A stretch of DNA of 63,759 nt, filler included, from Lama guanicoe (GCA_013239625.1; 211 parts of 211 records of this genome joined end to end with filler, not necessarily neighbours in it), one strand, 5' to 3'; counted from the first letter of the whole stretch, positions 11,377 to 25,281 are shown. Notes: generated by a model from the sequence alone, not told the origin. A program made the numbers and translations.

Positions 11377-13407
11377 NNNNNNNNNNNNNNNNNNNNNNNN
11401 NNNNNNNNNNNNNNNNNNNNTTAATTAATTAANNNNNNNNNNNNNNNNNNNNNNNNNNNNNNNNNNNNNNNNNNNNTCTGCCTGAGCCTTCTTGGCTGGT
11501 GCCTCTGGTGCTCTCCATGGCCCCATGTGGGATCCTTTCCTTACCGCCCACCTCTCTGTTTACATGGAGGTTCAGGGAAGCAGCCAAGCATCTTCCTTCG
11601 GTTTGAACCAGCATCTTTTCCTGGTTAGGCTGCTTCTTGAGTTACCTACTGAAGATGGGAGTGAGGGAGCTGTACTTTNNNNNNNNNNNNNNNNNNNNNN
11701 NNNNNNNNNNNNNNNNNNNNNNTTAATTAATTAANNNNNNNNNNNNNNNNNNNNNNNNNNNNNNNNNNNNNNNNNNNNATTTCCCAGTTAGCCTCACACC
11801 CTCAGTGCTCTGGCGTGGAGGGTAAACCGCATGGTCTCGCTGCTCGCTGAGGACACCGTGGTCTGAAGGCTGTGAAACGGGAGGGACGGGGCTGCGCCTG
11901 TGTTCCATGTGGCACCAGTGGGGGTGGCCCGGGAAGAAGGGAGGGACTGGAGCTTAAAGCACAAGGAGCAGGCCCGGGGTNNNNNNNNNNNNNNNNNNNN
12001 NNNNNNNNNNNNNNNNNNNNNNNNTTAATTAATTAANNNNNNNNNNNNNNNNNNNNNNNNNNNNNNNNNNNNNNNNNNNNAAAAACTCAGAAGAGGCTCA
12101 AATTAAAGAATTTCCAAATAAGGAGCACTGTGTGTGATGTACACCGCATCTGAAGTTCTCTCACAAGTGGCATTCAGTCTGCCCGACACACCTGGTGAGC
12201 AAGGGAGAGAGATTTTCAGTAAATAGCCTACAAATGTGGCTTGAAGGCTGCACACTGCAGGAGTTTTCACCCCCCAGGGCACNNNNNNNNNNNNNNNNNN
12301 NNNNNNNNNNNNNNNNNNNNNNNNNNTTAATTAATTAANNNNNNNNNNNNNNNNNNNNNNNNNNNNNNNNNNNNNNNNNNNNAAAAACTCAGAAGAGGCT
12401 CAAATTAAAGAATTTCCAAATAAGGAGCACTATGTGTGATGCACACCGCATCTGAAGTTCTCTCACGAGTGGCATTCAGTCTGCCCGACACGCCTGGTGA
12501 GCAAGGGAAAGAGATTTGCAGTAAATAGCCTACAGATGTGGCTTGAAGGCTGCACACTGCAGGAGTTTTCACCCCCCAGGGCACNNNNNNNNNNNNNNNN
12601 NNNNNNNNNNNNNNNNNNNNNNNNNNNNTTAATTAATTAANNNNNNNNNNNNNNNNNNNNNNNNNNNNNNNNNNNNNNNNNNNNCCTTAATACTTACTTA
12701 TCTTTATAACTGGAAGTTTACACCTTTTGGCTGCGTCATCAAATTCTAAATTCTTCAGATAACATTCTATGGGGATGATTCGTTTAGATGCTCTGTTTAG
12801 GGTTACTCTTATCCCTGTCTCACCAAAAAACTGGGCCATTCTGCTTGGCCTGCCATCACAGAACACCCCAAGCTGAGTAATTGAACNNNNNNNNNNNNNN
12901 NNNNNNNNNNNNNNNNNNNNNNNNNNNNNNTTAATTAATTAANNNNNNNNNNNNNNNNNNNNNNNNNNNNNNNNNNNNNNNNNNNNCCTGCCCCGGAAAT
13001 GATTTTGTGAAAATTTCTGCCAATCAGATGGGTGAGAAGACCAGTGCTCTTTACAAGCTGGGCTCCCCCCTGCTCAGCAGTTCTTTGAAGATGCCCAAGG
13101 GCCCTGTAAGGGTCAGACGGGGGAAGAGCAGGTGGGACCCCGACCCCACCTGAGGCCAGAGTGGAGCTGGCTTTGGTCTGACAGGCTCNNNNNNNNNNNN
13201 NNNNNNNNNNNNNNNNNNNNNNNNNNNNNNNNTTAATTAATTAANNNNNNNNNNNNNNNNNNNNNNNNNNNNNNNNNNNNNNNNNNNNTGGTTTAAAGAA
13301 TCACTGACTCATTAGCAAAACTAATAATGGAAGTTATAGCAAAAATGACATTGGACAACATAATTTTATAAAGTTCTATTAAATTAGTAAAAGCTAAAAC
13401 CAAATTC

Positions 13408-13490
13408 CTTCTGTATAGCACAGGGAACTATATTCAATATTTTGTAATAGCCTTTAATGAAAAAGAATATGAAAATGAATATATGTGTAT
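13408..13490 (+). mobile_element. L1 3' UTR fragment, camelid type
   Basis: ctgtatagcacagggaactatattcaatattttgtaata...gaaaaagaatatgaaaatgaatatatg. Confidence 0.88.
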
Positions 13491-13979
13491 NNNNNNNNNN
13501 NNNNNNNNNNNNNNNNNNNNNNNNNNNNNNNNNNTTAATTAATTAANNNNNNNNNNNNNNNNNNNNNNNNNNNNNNNNNNNNNNNNNNNNTGTGTGCACA
13601 CGGGTGGAGCGGCGGCGTGGGTGTACGTGTCCTCCTTGTAGGCTCGGGTGTGTGGGGGTGTGTGTGAGGGGTGTGGGGGTCCTACAGGCACGTGCACATC
13701 TCTGCGTGTGCATGTGTGTGCACGTGGGTGCGTCAGAGATGCGTCGGCCACAGGCCTCCTGCCTACTGCGCAGCTGACGATAAAAGGCAATTNNNNNNNN
13801 NNNNNNNNNNNNNNNNNNNNNNNNNNNNNNNNNNNNTTAATTAATTAANNNNNNNNNNNNNNNNNNNNNNNNNNNNNNNNNNNNNNNNNNNNCCCAGCCA
13901 CCATGGTAGCTCCAGGTGACCTACATCAGCCTCCACTTTCAGTTACGACCCCAGGTCACCACCACCCAGCCAGGCAGGA

Positions 13980-14062
13980 TTCTGATTGGCTGCGTCTTAT
14001 CGGACGTCACCTGTGCGCACTGTGTGCCGCCTGAGACTCAGCAGTGCCTGTGATTGGCCGCC
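13980..14062. promoter_or_regulatory. Promoter-like motif cluster: two CCAAT boxes, a CRE-like site and TGCGCAC
   Basis: ATTGG at 13985 and 14053 in NF-Y-like context (tgattggc), GACGTCA at 14003-14009, TGCGCAC at 14014-14020; CpG retained. Confidence 0.4.
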
Positions 14063-17000
14063 TCCCTGCCCTTTCCCAGCCAAAGTCGCTCCAGNNNNNN
14101 NNNNNNNNNNNNNNNNNNNNNNNNNNNNNNNNNNNNNNTTAATTAATTAANNNNNNNNNNNNNNNNNNNNNNNNNNNNNNNNNNNNNNNNNNNNTTTGTA
14201 AGAAATTTTAGCCCAGTTCTTACCAGTTCATATGGCGTTTGTCATTTCTTTTCCTATCATCTGCTGTGATGAACCAGTTGCTCACACTGTTTCTGCCTGA
14301 AGGTGCCCATCTTTCTCTAGGTTTTAGGCTACTTGATTACTCTGGAGCTTCAGCTCTCTGATAGATTCAGGAATATGATTTCGTACATTATTTGTCNNNN
14401 NNNNNNNNNNNNNNNNNNNNNNNNNNNNNNNNNNNNNNNNTTAATTAATTAANNNNNNNNNNNNNNNNNNNNNNNNNNNNNNNNNNNNNNNNNNNNAAAG
14501 CATTTAGCACTTCACTGTTGACTAATACATGAATTTTGATTAGATAAATATTCATCACTGCTGACTTCTACTGTTCTTTTAAAGTGTTAGAAATGTTTGT
14601 TGAACTTTACCAAATGACGGATCATCTATCGGAAGGATTTTTGTTTCCTAATTTGTTCAATGGACATTTTATGCTGTAGACAGATGGCCATCTATTATNN
14701 NNNNNNNNNNNNNNNNNNNNNNNNNNNNNNNNNNNNNNNNNNTTAATTAATTAANNNNNNNNNNNNNNNNNNNNNNNNNNNNNNNNNNNNNNNNNNNNAA
14801 GTTTGGTATTTGTATAACCTTTTCTGCAGTTATATATAAATCATCAAATGTTAAGAACATTAGAATTTCAACAGTGTAATATATAAAAATAAGTATCATC
14901 CAATTAAAACATAGAAAAAAATCACTCCAACTCTAGTTATTAGTATGTTAGTAAGAGTAATGAAGCCATAGTTGGTTTGTGCTCTTTTCCAAACTTAATT
15001 NNNNNNNNNNNNNNNNNNNNNNNNNNNNNNNNNNNNNNNNNNNNTTAATTAATTAANNNNNNNNNNNNNNNNNNNNNNNNNNNNNNNNNNNNNNNNNNNN
15101 TTCAAAAGATGAATGATTTTCAGAGGCACATTCTGTAGACAAAGACTTTGAAATTTACATTGAAAGTAAATTATGAATGATCTTAATTATAGTTTCTAAA
15201 AACTGTCTAATTTATGAACAACTGGTATATTTAATTATGATTGGTAATAATCTATGAAATTAATAGGTGAACTGAGGCCCTGAGAGTTTAATTACATAGT
15301 CANNNNNNNNNNNNNNNNNNNNNNNNNNNNNNNNNNNNNNNNNNNNTTAATTAATTAANNNNNNNNNNNNNNNNNNNNNNNNNNNNNNNNNNNNNNNNNN
15401 NNGAACCTTCTGGAACGAATGCTGAGGTTGGATACAATGACCCGCCACACATGGACGTCAAGATCTCAGATAGGGCCCAGCTCACGTCTTCCCTCTCCAA
15501 GATCCCCGCCCTGGCCTGACTGTGGGGCCTCCCTCCTCGGAACACGCGGCAGGACAGTTGTGTCCCCAGCCCTGTGGAACCCCGGGAACCAGGGACCTGC
15601 CCGGNNNNNNNNNNNNNNNNNNNNNNNNNNNNNNNNNNNNNNNNNNNNTTAATTAATTAANNNNNNNNNNNNNNNNNNNNNNNNNNNNNNNNNNNNNNNN
15701 NNNNTAAAAATATACAAATAAAAAGGAAACTTTAAATTTGAAAAATACTATAAAGTAGAAAAAATGAATTCTACATATTATTGTTAATATTTTGTGTAAT
15801 TTCTTCTAGTAACTCTTCTGTTTTTAAAGATATGTACTTACATATGTATGTATAAACCTTTGGTTGTGCTCTGCTTGTTCTCTTCACTTTCTCATGGTTC
15901 TGCTGANNNNNNNNNNNNNNNNNNNNNNNNNNNNNNNNNNNNNNNNNNNNTTAATTAATTAANNNNNNNNNNNNNNNNNNNNNNNNNNNNNNNNNNNNNN
16001 NNNNNNTAAACCTTCCTCTTTCAGTGCCACGTGGCCCTCATACCCTTTTCCAAGCACTGCTATCTACTGTGGATGGCATCTTTCTGTGAATTGTTTGTGG
16101 AGAAATTTTTCATCATAAATTGGCATCTCTCATATTCACTAACATCTTATTCAGGTCAATGTTAAATAGTTCAAAATGAGGATCTAAAACCCATTCCACT
16201 TTAATCATNNNNNNNNNNNNNNNNNNNNNNNNNNNNNNNNNNNNNNNNNNNNTTAATTAATTAANNNNNNNNNNNNNNNNNNNNNNNNNNNNNNNNNNNN
16301 NNNNNNNNTGCACCCACTGGAATGCTCAAGTTCAATAACTCACTCAGAAAATACTACATCAGGAAGTGTGCCAGGGATCTGGGGCAAAGGGGAATAAAAC
16401 ACAACCAAACAGGACAGACAGACCAACAGTCGACTGCAGTCTCACAATTTTATATGAGACATGTGCCAAACACAGCAGCAAGACAGGACGGTGAGGAGCA
16501 CAAGGGAAAGNNNNNNNNNNNNNNNNNNNNNNNNNNNNNNNNNNNNNNNNNNNNTTAATTAATTAANNNNNNNNNNNNNNNNNNNNNNNNNNNNNNNNNN
16601 NNNNNNNNNNGTTGTTTATCTATTTTATATATAATAGTTTGTATCTGCCAATCCCAAACAACATATTAAAACATATTTATAAGTGCTATATGTGCTCCCT
16701 TTTTTAGGGACAAAATTTACTTTTGTTTTTTCCTCTTCTTTCTTGCCTTACCTTATGGTTAAGAAAACTTTTCACTCCAAAAGTGAAGTAAAAATTAAAT
16801 TAGAACACACAANNNNNNNNNNNNNNNNNNNNNNNNNNNNNNNNNNNNNNNNNNNNTTAATTAATTAANNNNNNNNNNNNNNNNNNNNNNNNNNNNNNNN
16901 NNNNNNNNNNNNCAATAAAATATTATGTTCATGAAAGCTTACTTGAATCACGAATTGCATGTTCACGTGAAAAACCCTTTATGATGCATAACTGTTTCCT

Positions 17001-17818
17001 TGTTGACTACGGTAGTAAAATATTTACACTTTGGGATGTTTAAAAAGGATGGTGGTCACCTGCACAGCAGGGGAACAGGTGAGGAGTCCCAGGGCTTGAG
17101 TCCTATCAGGAGTTNNNNNNNNNNNNNNNNNNNNNNNNNNNNNNNNNNNNNNNNNNNNTTAATTAATTAANNNNNNNNNNNNNNNNNNNNNNNNNNNNNN
17201 NNNNNNNNNNNNNNTTATGTATACTGTAGATTAAAGCAAATAAGTAAGTTAATATTATCAACACACAAGTATTTCCAGTGTAAGAGAAAAAGGATAGAAA
17301 TATAAAGCTGAAGGAGGCAAAAAGTTAAAAACCATTTCCTGTTAAATTTGACTTTGAAACTCATCAATATTTTCATTTCCTAGCTCTGACCATTGTTCTT
17401 TTCTAGCTTCTGAAGCNNNNNNNNNNNNNNNNNNNNNNNNNNNNNNNNNNNNNNNNNNNNTTAATTAATTAANNNNNNNNNNNNNNNNNNNNNNNNNNNN
17501 NNNNNNNNNNNNNNNNTTTCTGTCTATTACTTTTTACATTTTTTATAATGAAAGAAAAGTTAAGACAAATACATAGAGGGCATATAAAAATAGAAAAAAA
17601 ATACACTTTACATTTCTAAGTAAAAGGATAAGGCAAAGATGGATCACAGAGCTTCCCTTCCCCAATACTGAACACAAAAAGCAATCATTCTAATAATGAA
17701 TAAATGATTTATCAACAANNNNNNNNNNNNNNNNNNNNNNNNNNNNNNNNNNNNNNNNNNNNTTAATTAATTAANNNNNNNNNNNNNNNNNNNNNNNNNN
17801 NNNNNNNNNNNNNNNNNN

Positions 17819-18020
17819 CAAGGCCTGCCCTCAAGAGAAACTATTTTACCAGAGCCTACTGGGATTTTACTAAAGACTAACCAACTTGGAGGACATAAAA
17901 CATCCAACTCCAACACCCTCTAGTCTTAAATTTCCAAGGGAGAAAAAAACCGAGAAGCACTTGTGAAGGTTAAAGCCTAGGGGCACAAGTTCACTTAAAG
18001 AATGAGACCTAATCATGACT
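17819..18020 (+). mobile_element. Ancient L1 (L1MD/L1M4-type) 5' region
   Basis: aaggcctgccctcaagagaaactattttaccagagcc...gagaagcacttgtgaag...tgagacctaatcat. Confidence 0.7.
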
Positions 18021-18422
18021 NNNNNNNNNNNNNNNNNNNNNNNNNNNNNNNNNNNNNNNNNNNNTTAATTAATTAANNNNNNNNNNNNNNNNNNNNNNNN
18101 NNNNNNNNNNNNNNNNNNNNCTGGCCCGCGACTCTGCAATCCCAATCAAGTGGCAAATCACACTTTCCCTGGCGTTTCTCATTATGTCTGAGCCGCTCAA
18201 GACTTAAAAGCGAGTGGAGAGCTTGGGAGGAGTGTGTGTCCTCAGAGCGTTCACGCCTTCTTCCGGGAAGGGGGAGAGGCGCGGGGCAAGGGGGTCCGAC
18301 CATGGGCTTCTGCAAGCCTGTCNNNNNNNNNNNNNNNNNNNNNNNNNNNNNNNNNNNNNNNNNNNNTTAATTAATTAANNNNNNNNNNNNNNNNNNNNNN
18401 NNNNNNNNNNNNNNNNNNNNNN

Positions 18423-18624
18423 TTTGGCTTAAGGATTATTTTGAGCAGCTGTAGACAATAGAGAAGCCCTGTAGACAGAGTAGAAGTTACCCTTTTGCAA
18501 GAAGAATCTACACTTACAAAGGAAATTTACATTAGAAGGGGAGCCTTTTCTCACCAAACATTTCCCCTTGCCACATTCTCTTGAGTTTCCTTCCCTCTTT
18601 GAAACCCCAGACCCCTGTCCCCTT
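18423..18624 (+). mobile_element. MER34-family ERV1 LTR fragment
   Basis: tttggcttaaggattattttgagc...acagagtagaagttacccttttg...aaaggaaatttacatt. Confidence 0.75.
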
Positions 18625-19087
18625 NNNNNNNNNNNNNNNNNNNNNNNNNNNNNNNNNNNNNNNNNNNNTTAATTAATTAANNNNNNNNNNNNNNNNNNNN
18701 NNNNNNNNNNNNNNNNNNNNNNNNAGCTCCAGGACACCAGCACCATGTCCCCAGACATCTAGGATGGAGCCTGAGGGCCGCAGCGCATCAGGAGGGGCCC
18801 CGGGGCTTTGCCTTCTCTGCAGCGGTTCTCAAGTCTCACAGTGGGGCCCCCATGGCTGTGTCCCCACGTTACTACTTGGCCCTGATCCTGCCTTCCCCAT
18901 GACCTGCCCAGGGCGGGAAACACACTNNNNNNNNNNNNNNNNNNNNNNNNNNNNNNNNNNNNNNNNNNNNTTAATTAATTAANNNNNNNNNNNNNNNNNN
19001 NNNNNNNNNNNNNNNNNNNNNNNNNNTTAAAGCATTAGAAATACTGATTTTAAAAAGCAGTACCCTTTCAACAATTTTTAAGGTAAT

Positions 19088-19228
19088 ACACTCATTCAAT
19101 CAACAAATACTGACAGAGTGGCACCTATGGGTAGGTACTATTATAAATAGACAGTAGAGACACCACAGAGAAATAACATAGGCAAATAAGTAAGGAAATA
19201 AATCACTGCGGATAATGATATGAGTGCT
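19088..19228 (-). mobile_element. L2 3' end fragment
   Basis: cattcaatcaacaaatactg...gcacctatgggtaggtacta. Confidence 0.6.
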
Positions 19229-19749
19229 NNNNNNNNNNNNNNNNNNNNNNNNNNNNNNNNNNNNNNNNNNNNTTAATTAATTAANNNNNNNNNNNNNNNN
19301 NNNNNNNNNNNNNNNNNNNNNNNNNNNNCAATGGTGGGGAGCAGGCTGGAGGTGGCCAGGCCCTCTTGGCAGGGGCCGGGCCCCCAGGGCTCGGGGCGGG
19401 GCTGAGGGGCAGGGTGTGCTCAGGCAGTCGCCCATAGAGCACTTAAGGAAGGTCAAGGTCAGTTCTCGGGTAGAGAGCAGGGCTCTGAGCGCTGTCCTTT
19501 AGCTACCAACACGGCTGAAGGCCAAGCGCANNNNNNNNNNNNNNNNNNNNNNNNNNNNNNNNNNNNNNNNNNNNTTAATTAATTAANNNNNNNNNNNNNN
19601 NNNNNNNNNNNNNNNNNNNNNNNNNNNNNNTAGATATGTTGAAGTGTTTGTTTCTACTTGGTTATTTTATTTTGTAGAACTTTAAAAAGCTCTGCAAAAT
19701 AGCACGTGTTAACTTTATTCAGAAGAGACCTGGAGGCTGCTCTAGACCC

Positions 19750-19832
19750 TGTCAACTGAAATAAAAGCACAGCCTAAACGTTGAGAGTTAAGTTTTATTT
19801 GGGGGAGGGACTTGAGCCGGGATGACAGCCTC
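19750..19832 (-). mobile_element. ERV1 LTR terminus, artiodactyl type
   Basis: tgtcaactgaaataaaagcacagcctaaacgttgagagttaagttttatttg...gacttgagccgggatgacagcctc. Confidence 0.65.
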
Positions 19833-22800
19833 NNNNNNNNNNNNNNNNNNNNNNNNNNNNNNNNNNNNNNNNNNNNTTAATTAATTAANNNNNNNNNNNN
19901 NNNNNNNNNNNNNNNNNNNNNNNNNNNNNNNNTTGCTGGGGACTAAATACACAGAGGTGGGGCAGAGTGCCCTTACCCGGTTTGCCTGGGCACGTGCACG
20001 GAGAACCAGGGAGGGCAGGGAAAAGAGCGCCTGCTTAGCACGGACCGAGTGCTCACTCTGCATCGGGCCCAATTCTGCTTTTACATTTCTGCTTCTGTAT
20101 TATTTATCGATATTTTTCTGTTTTATTATCTATANNNNNNNNNNNNNNNNNNNNNNNNNNNNNNNNNNNNNNNNNNNNTTAATTAATTAANNNNNNNNNN
20201 NNNNNNNNNNNNNNNNNNNNNNNNNNNNNNNNNNGGTAAAATCAGGAAATCGGGAGGTTCTAGACCAAGAGTGTGAGCTCCTTTAAAAACTCAAGTGGAG
20301 AAGGAGTCGTCAGTGGGAATCCTGCACCTAATGAAGAAAAGCATTTAATTGCTTTACTCTAGGATACAGGGTAGCCTGACCACAATGTCTGCATGAATAC
20401 AAGGGTCCTGGAGCAGCTTTAGACCCCCAGTGGCCTNNNNNNNNNNNNNNNNNNNNNNNNNNNNNNNNNNNNNNNNNNNNTTAATTAATTAANNNNNNNN
20501 NNNNNNNNNNNNNNNNNNNNNNNNNNNNNNNNNNNNGCCCGAGCAGCCTTGTTCCTGCGAAACTGGAGGGAAAAGATGCCGAAAAAGCAGGCTAGGGACA
20601 GACGCTGTGGTGGGTTATGAGTGACATAAAAGGACTACTCAGGCAGGCACGAGAGAACCCTGTGGGCGTCCCAGCTGGGGCGACACGCCGGAGGGAGGAG
20701 CACAGTTATAGACTTTGCCACTTATTAGCTGTGTGACTNNNNNNNNNNNNNNNNNNNNNNNNNNNNNNNNNNNNNNNNNNNNTTAATTAATTAANNNNNN
20801 NNNNNNNNNNNNNNNNNNNNNNNNNNNNNNNNNNNNNNGGCAGAGAGGGGTGAGAATGCAGGGCAGGCAGTCCCTGTGATGGGGGGCAAGGGAGAGTGAG
20901 GCTGGAAATGTTCCGATAAGGTGTCTGGACTCACCTGGGGTGTTAAGAAACCATGGATGGTGGCCAAGAGGCTAGCTTGGGAAGGAGGAATGCTGAGCAA
21001 CACTTCTTCTGAACCAGAAAAAAGGAAGGAAAGGAGGCAGANNNNNNNNNNNNNNNNNNNNNNNNNNNNNNNNNNNNNNNNNNNNTTAATTAATTAANNN
21101 NNNNNNNNNNNNNNNNNNNNNNNNNNNNNNNNNNNNNNNNNTTTAAAGAATAAGACTGCTCCTAAGGACCATGTAAATACATTTTTAAAGCCAGGTGGTG
21201 AATTTAGTGTGGATGTGGTTGCAGTGAGACCCTTTGAACTATTCACATCTGAAAAGCAGAAGAGATTTCAAACCAGTGGACACGAGTCCAAGCCATGATC
21301 CTAGCACCTCTTAGATGCAGGGATATTGGACAAGTTAATGCTTCNNNNNNNNNNNNNNNNNNNNNNNNNNNNNNNNNNNNNNNNNNNNTTAATTAATTAA
21401 NNNNNNNNNNNNNNNNNNNNNNNNNNNNNNNNNNNNNNNNNNNNAGAAAAAGGATGTCATAGATATGGTATGACTAGATTGAGGATCCTAGATAGAGGAA
21501 ATTAAGCTTTAAAGGTAAATGGGAGGGACATGGCTAGGTCAGCATGTTGTGACATTGGATGAAGGATGGGATGGCAAGTTGGTTTAGTTGAGAAAGGTAC
21601 TATCCACAGAGCAATCATATATTAAGATATTTCCTGTCTCGGTTCCCNNNNNNNNNNNNNNNNNNNNNNNNNNNNNNNNNNNNNNNNNNNNTTAATTAAT
21701 TAANNNNNNNNNNNNNNNNNNNNNNNNNNNNNNNNNNNNNNNNNNNNTATGGGACAAGCTCCTACAAATGGCAACTTCTCCAAAGTTGGGAAAAGTTGCC
21801 TACCTACCAGGTACATAAAAATATAAACAACAACTCAGGCGAAAACCACTTAGTGGAAACAGAAACATTTTCAAACCAAGGTGTTATAGGGTAAGTGCAC
21901 AGTGTTTCAGATTCCTCAATATTTCTTCCTTTCCAGGAGTTTGCAATGTNNNNNNNNNNNNNNNNNNNNNNNNNNNNNNNNNNNNNNNNNNNNTTAATTA
22001 ATTAANNNNNNNNNNNNNNNNNNNNNNNNNNNNNNNNNNNNNNNNNNNNAACTACTACAAAATATGCTGAATTAGATGTACCTAAAACAAAGTGTGACAT
22101 TTTGATACTTGTCAGAGCCACATCTATGAGTTAAGGACGCATTATGTGGGTGGAGTCTGTGCAAGGGCACTGATACAAGCCTAAAATGCGCTGGCCCCTT
22201 ACGAGATGCTGCAGGAGGCACAGAACTGCTGGAGTGACGGCGGAGGCCCAAGNNNNNNNNNNNNNNNNNNNNNNNNNNNNNNNNNNNNNNNNNNNNTTAA
22301 TTAATTAANNNNNNNNNNNNNNNNNNNNNNNNNNNNNNNNNNNNNNNNNNNNATCTTTGTTTTGCTCATAGATGTACTTGAAGTATCTATCACAATATAT
22401 GTATTTGACAAATAGTTGTTCATACATATACACACAAACGTACATACATGCATACATATTTAAAATGAAGCATTATTGCCCCCTGATAAAGCCAAATAAG
22501 GGCTTCAGTCCTGTAGTGGAGTGACTATCCTCTAAGATGTTCTAGTGTGAAGTGANNNNNNNNNNNNNNNNNNNNNNNNNNNNNNNNNNNNNNNNNNNNT
22601 TAATTAATTAANNNNNNNNNNNNNNNNNNNNNNNNNNNNNNNNNNNNNNNNNNNNGAAAATCCTTAAAGCCAACGATGCAGAGAGGGAAGAAGGGTGGGG
22701 AGACGTATGCCTCTAGCCAAGGCCTCGAGCAGCAGGAAGCTGTTAGAGCGACCGAACCACTTACGGCCCCCACCTCTGGCCCCTTCTCCAGGGGGAAGGG

Positions 22801-23261
22801 TGAACAAGGTTCCCCCAGGTTTGCTGGTGGAGAGCTTGAACCCGCTTAAGCGAACCACNNNNNNNNNNNNNNNNNNNNNNNNNNNNNNNNNNNNNNNNNN
22901 NNTTAATTAATTAANNNNNNNNNNNNNNNNNNNNNNNNNNNNNNNNNNNNNNNNNNNNGTGGGCTGGGTCTTCGGGTGAGTCCAGAAGTGCCCTGCAGAG
23001 GGGAGCCTGGGCTCCCGTGACAGTCCCCCCACGTCACCCCCAGCCCCACCCACCTCCACGCCCTCCGAAGGCCGGGGTCAGGGGGCAGACGGCGCAACTG
23101 CAGCGTGAAGACGAAGAAAGGGAGGGTTTCCAGGGGAGGAATTCGGCACGGAAGCCCTCGTNNNNNNNNNNNNNNNNNNNNNNNNNNNNNNNNNNNNNNN
23201 NNNNNTTAATTAATTAANNNNNNNNNNNNNNNNNNNNNNNNNNNNNNNNNNNNNNNNNNNN

Positions 23262-23464
23262 CTCCCAACAAAGAAAAGCCCAGGGACAGATGGTTTCACT
23301 GGTGAATTTTACCAAACATTATGCCAGCCCTTCTCAAACTCTTCAAAAAAATGAAGTGGAGGGAATACTTCTAAACTCATTTTATGAAGCCAGCATTACC
23401 CTCAGTCCAAAGCCAGAGAAAGAAATTATTAAAAAAGAAATGAAGAAAATTATAGGCCAATTCT
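23262..23464 (+). mobile_element. L1 ORF2 fragment at the RT start
   Basis: LPTKKSPGTDGFTGEFYQT and EGILLNSFYEASITLSPKPEK, with an internal deletion. Confidence 0.95.
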
Positions 23465-25078
23465 NNNNNNNNNNNNNNNNNNNNNNNNNNNNNNNNNNNN
23501 NNNNNNNNTTAATTAATTAANNNNNNNNNNNNNNNNNNNNNNNNNNNNNNNNNNNNNNNNNNNNGGGTCATAGGACATGACACACTGGATGGCCGTTGGG
23601 ATAGGCTTGGTCCATCCCCCTGGACCCTGTTCAATCAGATGGAAGAATGATCACTCATAAATGGTTTCTCTAAAGGATACATAGACCAAAGACAAACTGC
23701 AGAGTGAATCAAATTTTAAAATATATGCGAAGATCCCGCAGTCTCCCCGCCTAAGGTTAACAGCATNNNNNNNNNNNNNNNNNNNNNNNNNNNNNNNNNN
23801 NNNNNNNNNNTTAATTAATTAANNNNNNNNNNNNNNNNNNNNNNNNNNNNNNNNNNNNNNNNNNNNTTTCAAGATGTGCGTTTTAACTTACACAGAGGAA
23901 ATGGAAAGAGGACATTTTCCCCTCCGTCTTTACCAGCTAAGACCTTTGTTTATTAAGGATAAGACTGGCAATTTCTCTGAGACTCCTCACCAGCAGGCAA
24001 TGAGTAAGTTCTAGAGGGACGACCAGTACCAGGGAAATCAACAGGCATCCTTATGCCAGAAATCAAGACNNNNNNNNNNNNNNNNNNNNNNNNNNNNNNN
24101 NNNNNNNNNNNNNTTAATTAATTAANNNNNNNNNNNNNNNNNNNNNNNNNNNNNNNNNNNNNNNNNNNNTAAGTGTAGTCAGATTTATTCATTTTTTATT
24201 TTAAGCCTTTTGGGTTTGCTGTATTTCAGAGAAAGAAGGGCCTTTCCGATTCTGAGCTTCTTAAACATCTTTTTATGGTTTCTTTTTTACTTTCATGGAT
24301 TCACTGTCTTTAATTAAATTTTCGAACTTTGGGGGATTTCTGGTTGTTTAAAGTTTGAGATTTGTATCCACCNNNNNNNNNNNNNNNNNNNNNNNNNNNN
24401 NNNNNNNNNNNNNNNNTTAATTAATTAANNNNNNNNNNNNNNNNNNNNNNNNNNNNNNNNNNNNNNNNNNNNGGATCATCAATGACTCTGACCTTCAGCA
24501 GAAGCTGAAGTTTAAGTTAAATTGCTCGAGTAGGTAGCTGAGACCCAAGTGACTCCTTTATGGTATTACCACTTTTCCTCCAAACCTATGCCCCGTACGC
24601 CCCACTCAGAGATGGCCCTGAAAAACGGCGAGTAAAGAAAATCCTCCGAAGAGGCATAAGTTCAAAAATGCATCTNNNNNNNNNNNNNNNNNNNNNNNNN
24701 NNNNNNNNNNNNNNNNNNNTTAATTAATTAANNNNNNNNNNNNNNNNNNNNNNNNNNNNNNNNNNNNNNNNNNNNATAACCCTTCATCCAACACTGAAAG
24801 CTTAAAATCACAACTACTTTCATTGCTCCAGATTTTCTAACAATGTCTCCAAAATTATCACAAAATGTAAAATCTAAAATTTACCAGAAAGCTAACTTAG
24901 TTTTAGTCTCACCCTAAATTCTCAACATGGAGATTTCACTTGGCTCTGATGTAGTGCCCTCCAAATTGGGCAGGAGATNNNNNNNNNNNNNNNNNNNNNN
25001 NNNNNNNNNNNNNNNNNNNNNNTTAATTAATTAANNNNNNNNNNNNNNNNNNNNNNNNNNNNNNNNNNNNNNNNNNNN

Positions 25079-25281
25079 ACTAATAGTTGGCAACTGAAAT
25101 GGGGGTTGCAGGCAATCTTGTGCAACCAAGCCTTTGCCTGTGAGATCAGAATTGAGTTCAATTGTAGGACACTCAACTAGTATTGCAGAATTACTTAGTA
25201 TTGGAGGGGGGGAACCCACGCATCTAGTATCAGAAGTGTTGTGACTGCTGTGAGTATGAGAGTAAAGGAGAAACACATACA
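25079..25281 (+). mobile_element. MER21-family LTR, 3' end
   Basis: tcagaattgagttcaattgtaggacactcaactagt...aacccacgcatctagtatcagaagtgttgtg. Confidence 0.75.

Noticed and set aside
15403..15604. NLLERMLRLD kinase subdomain-XI-like peptide
   Set aside because: Similarity stops after 10 aa, with no conserved downstream kinase residues or splice sites.
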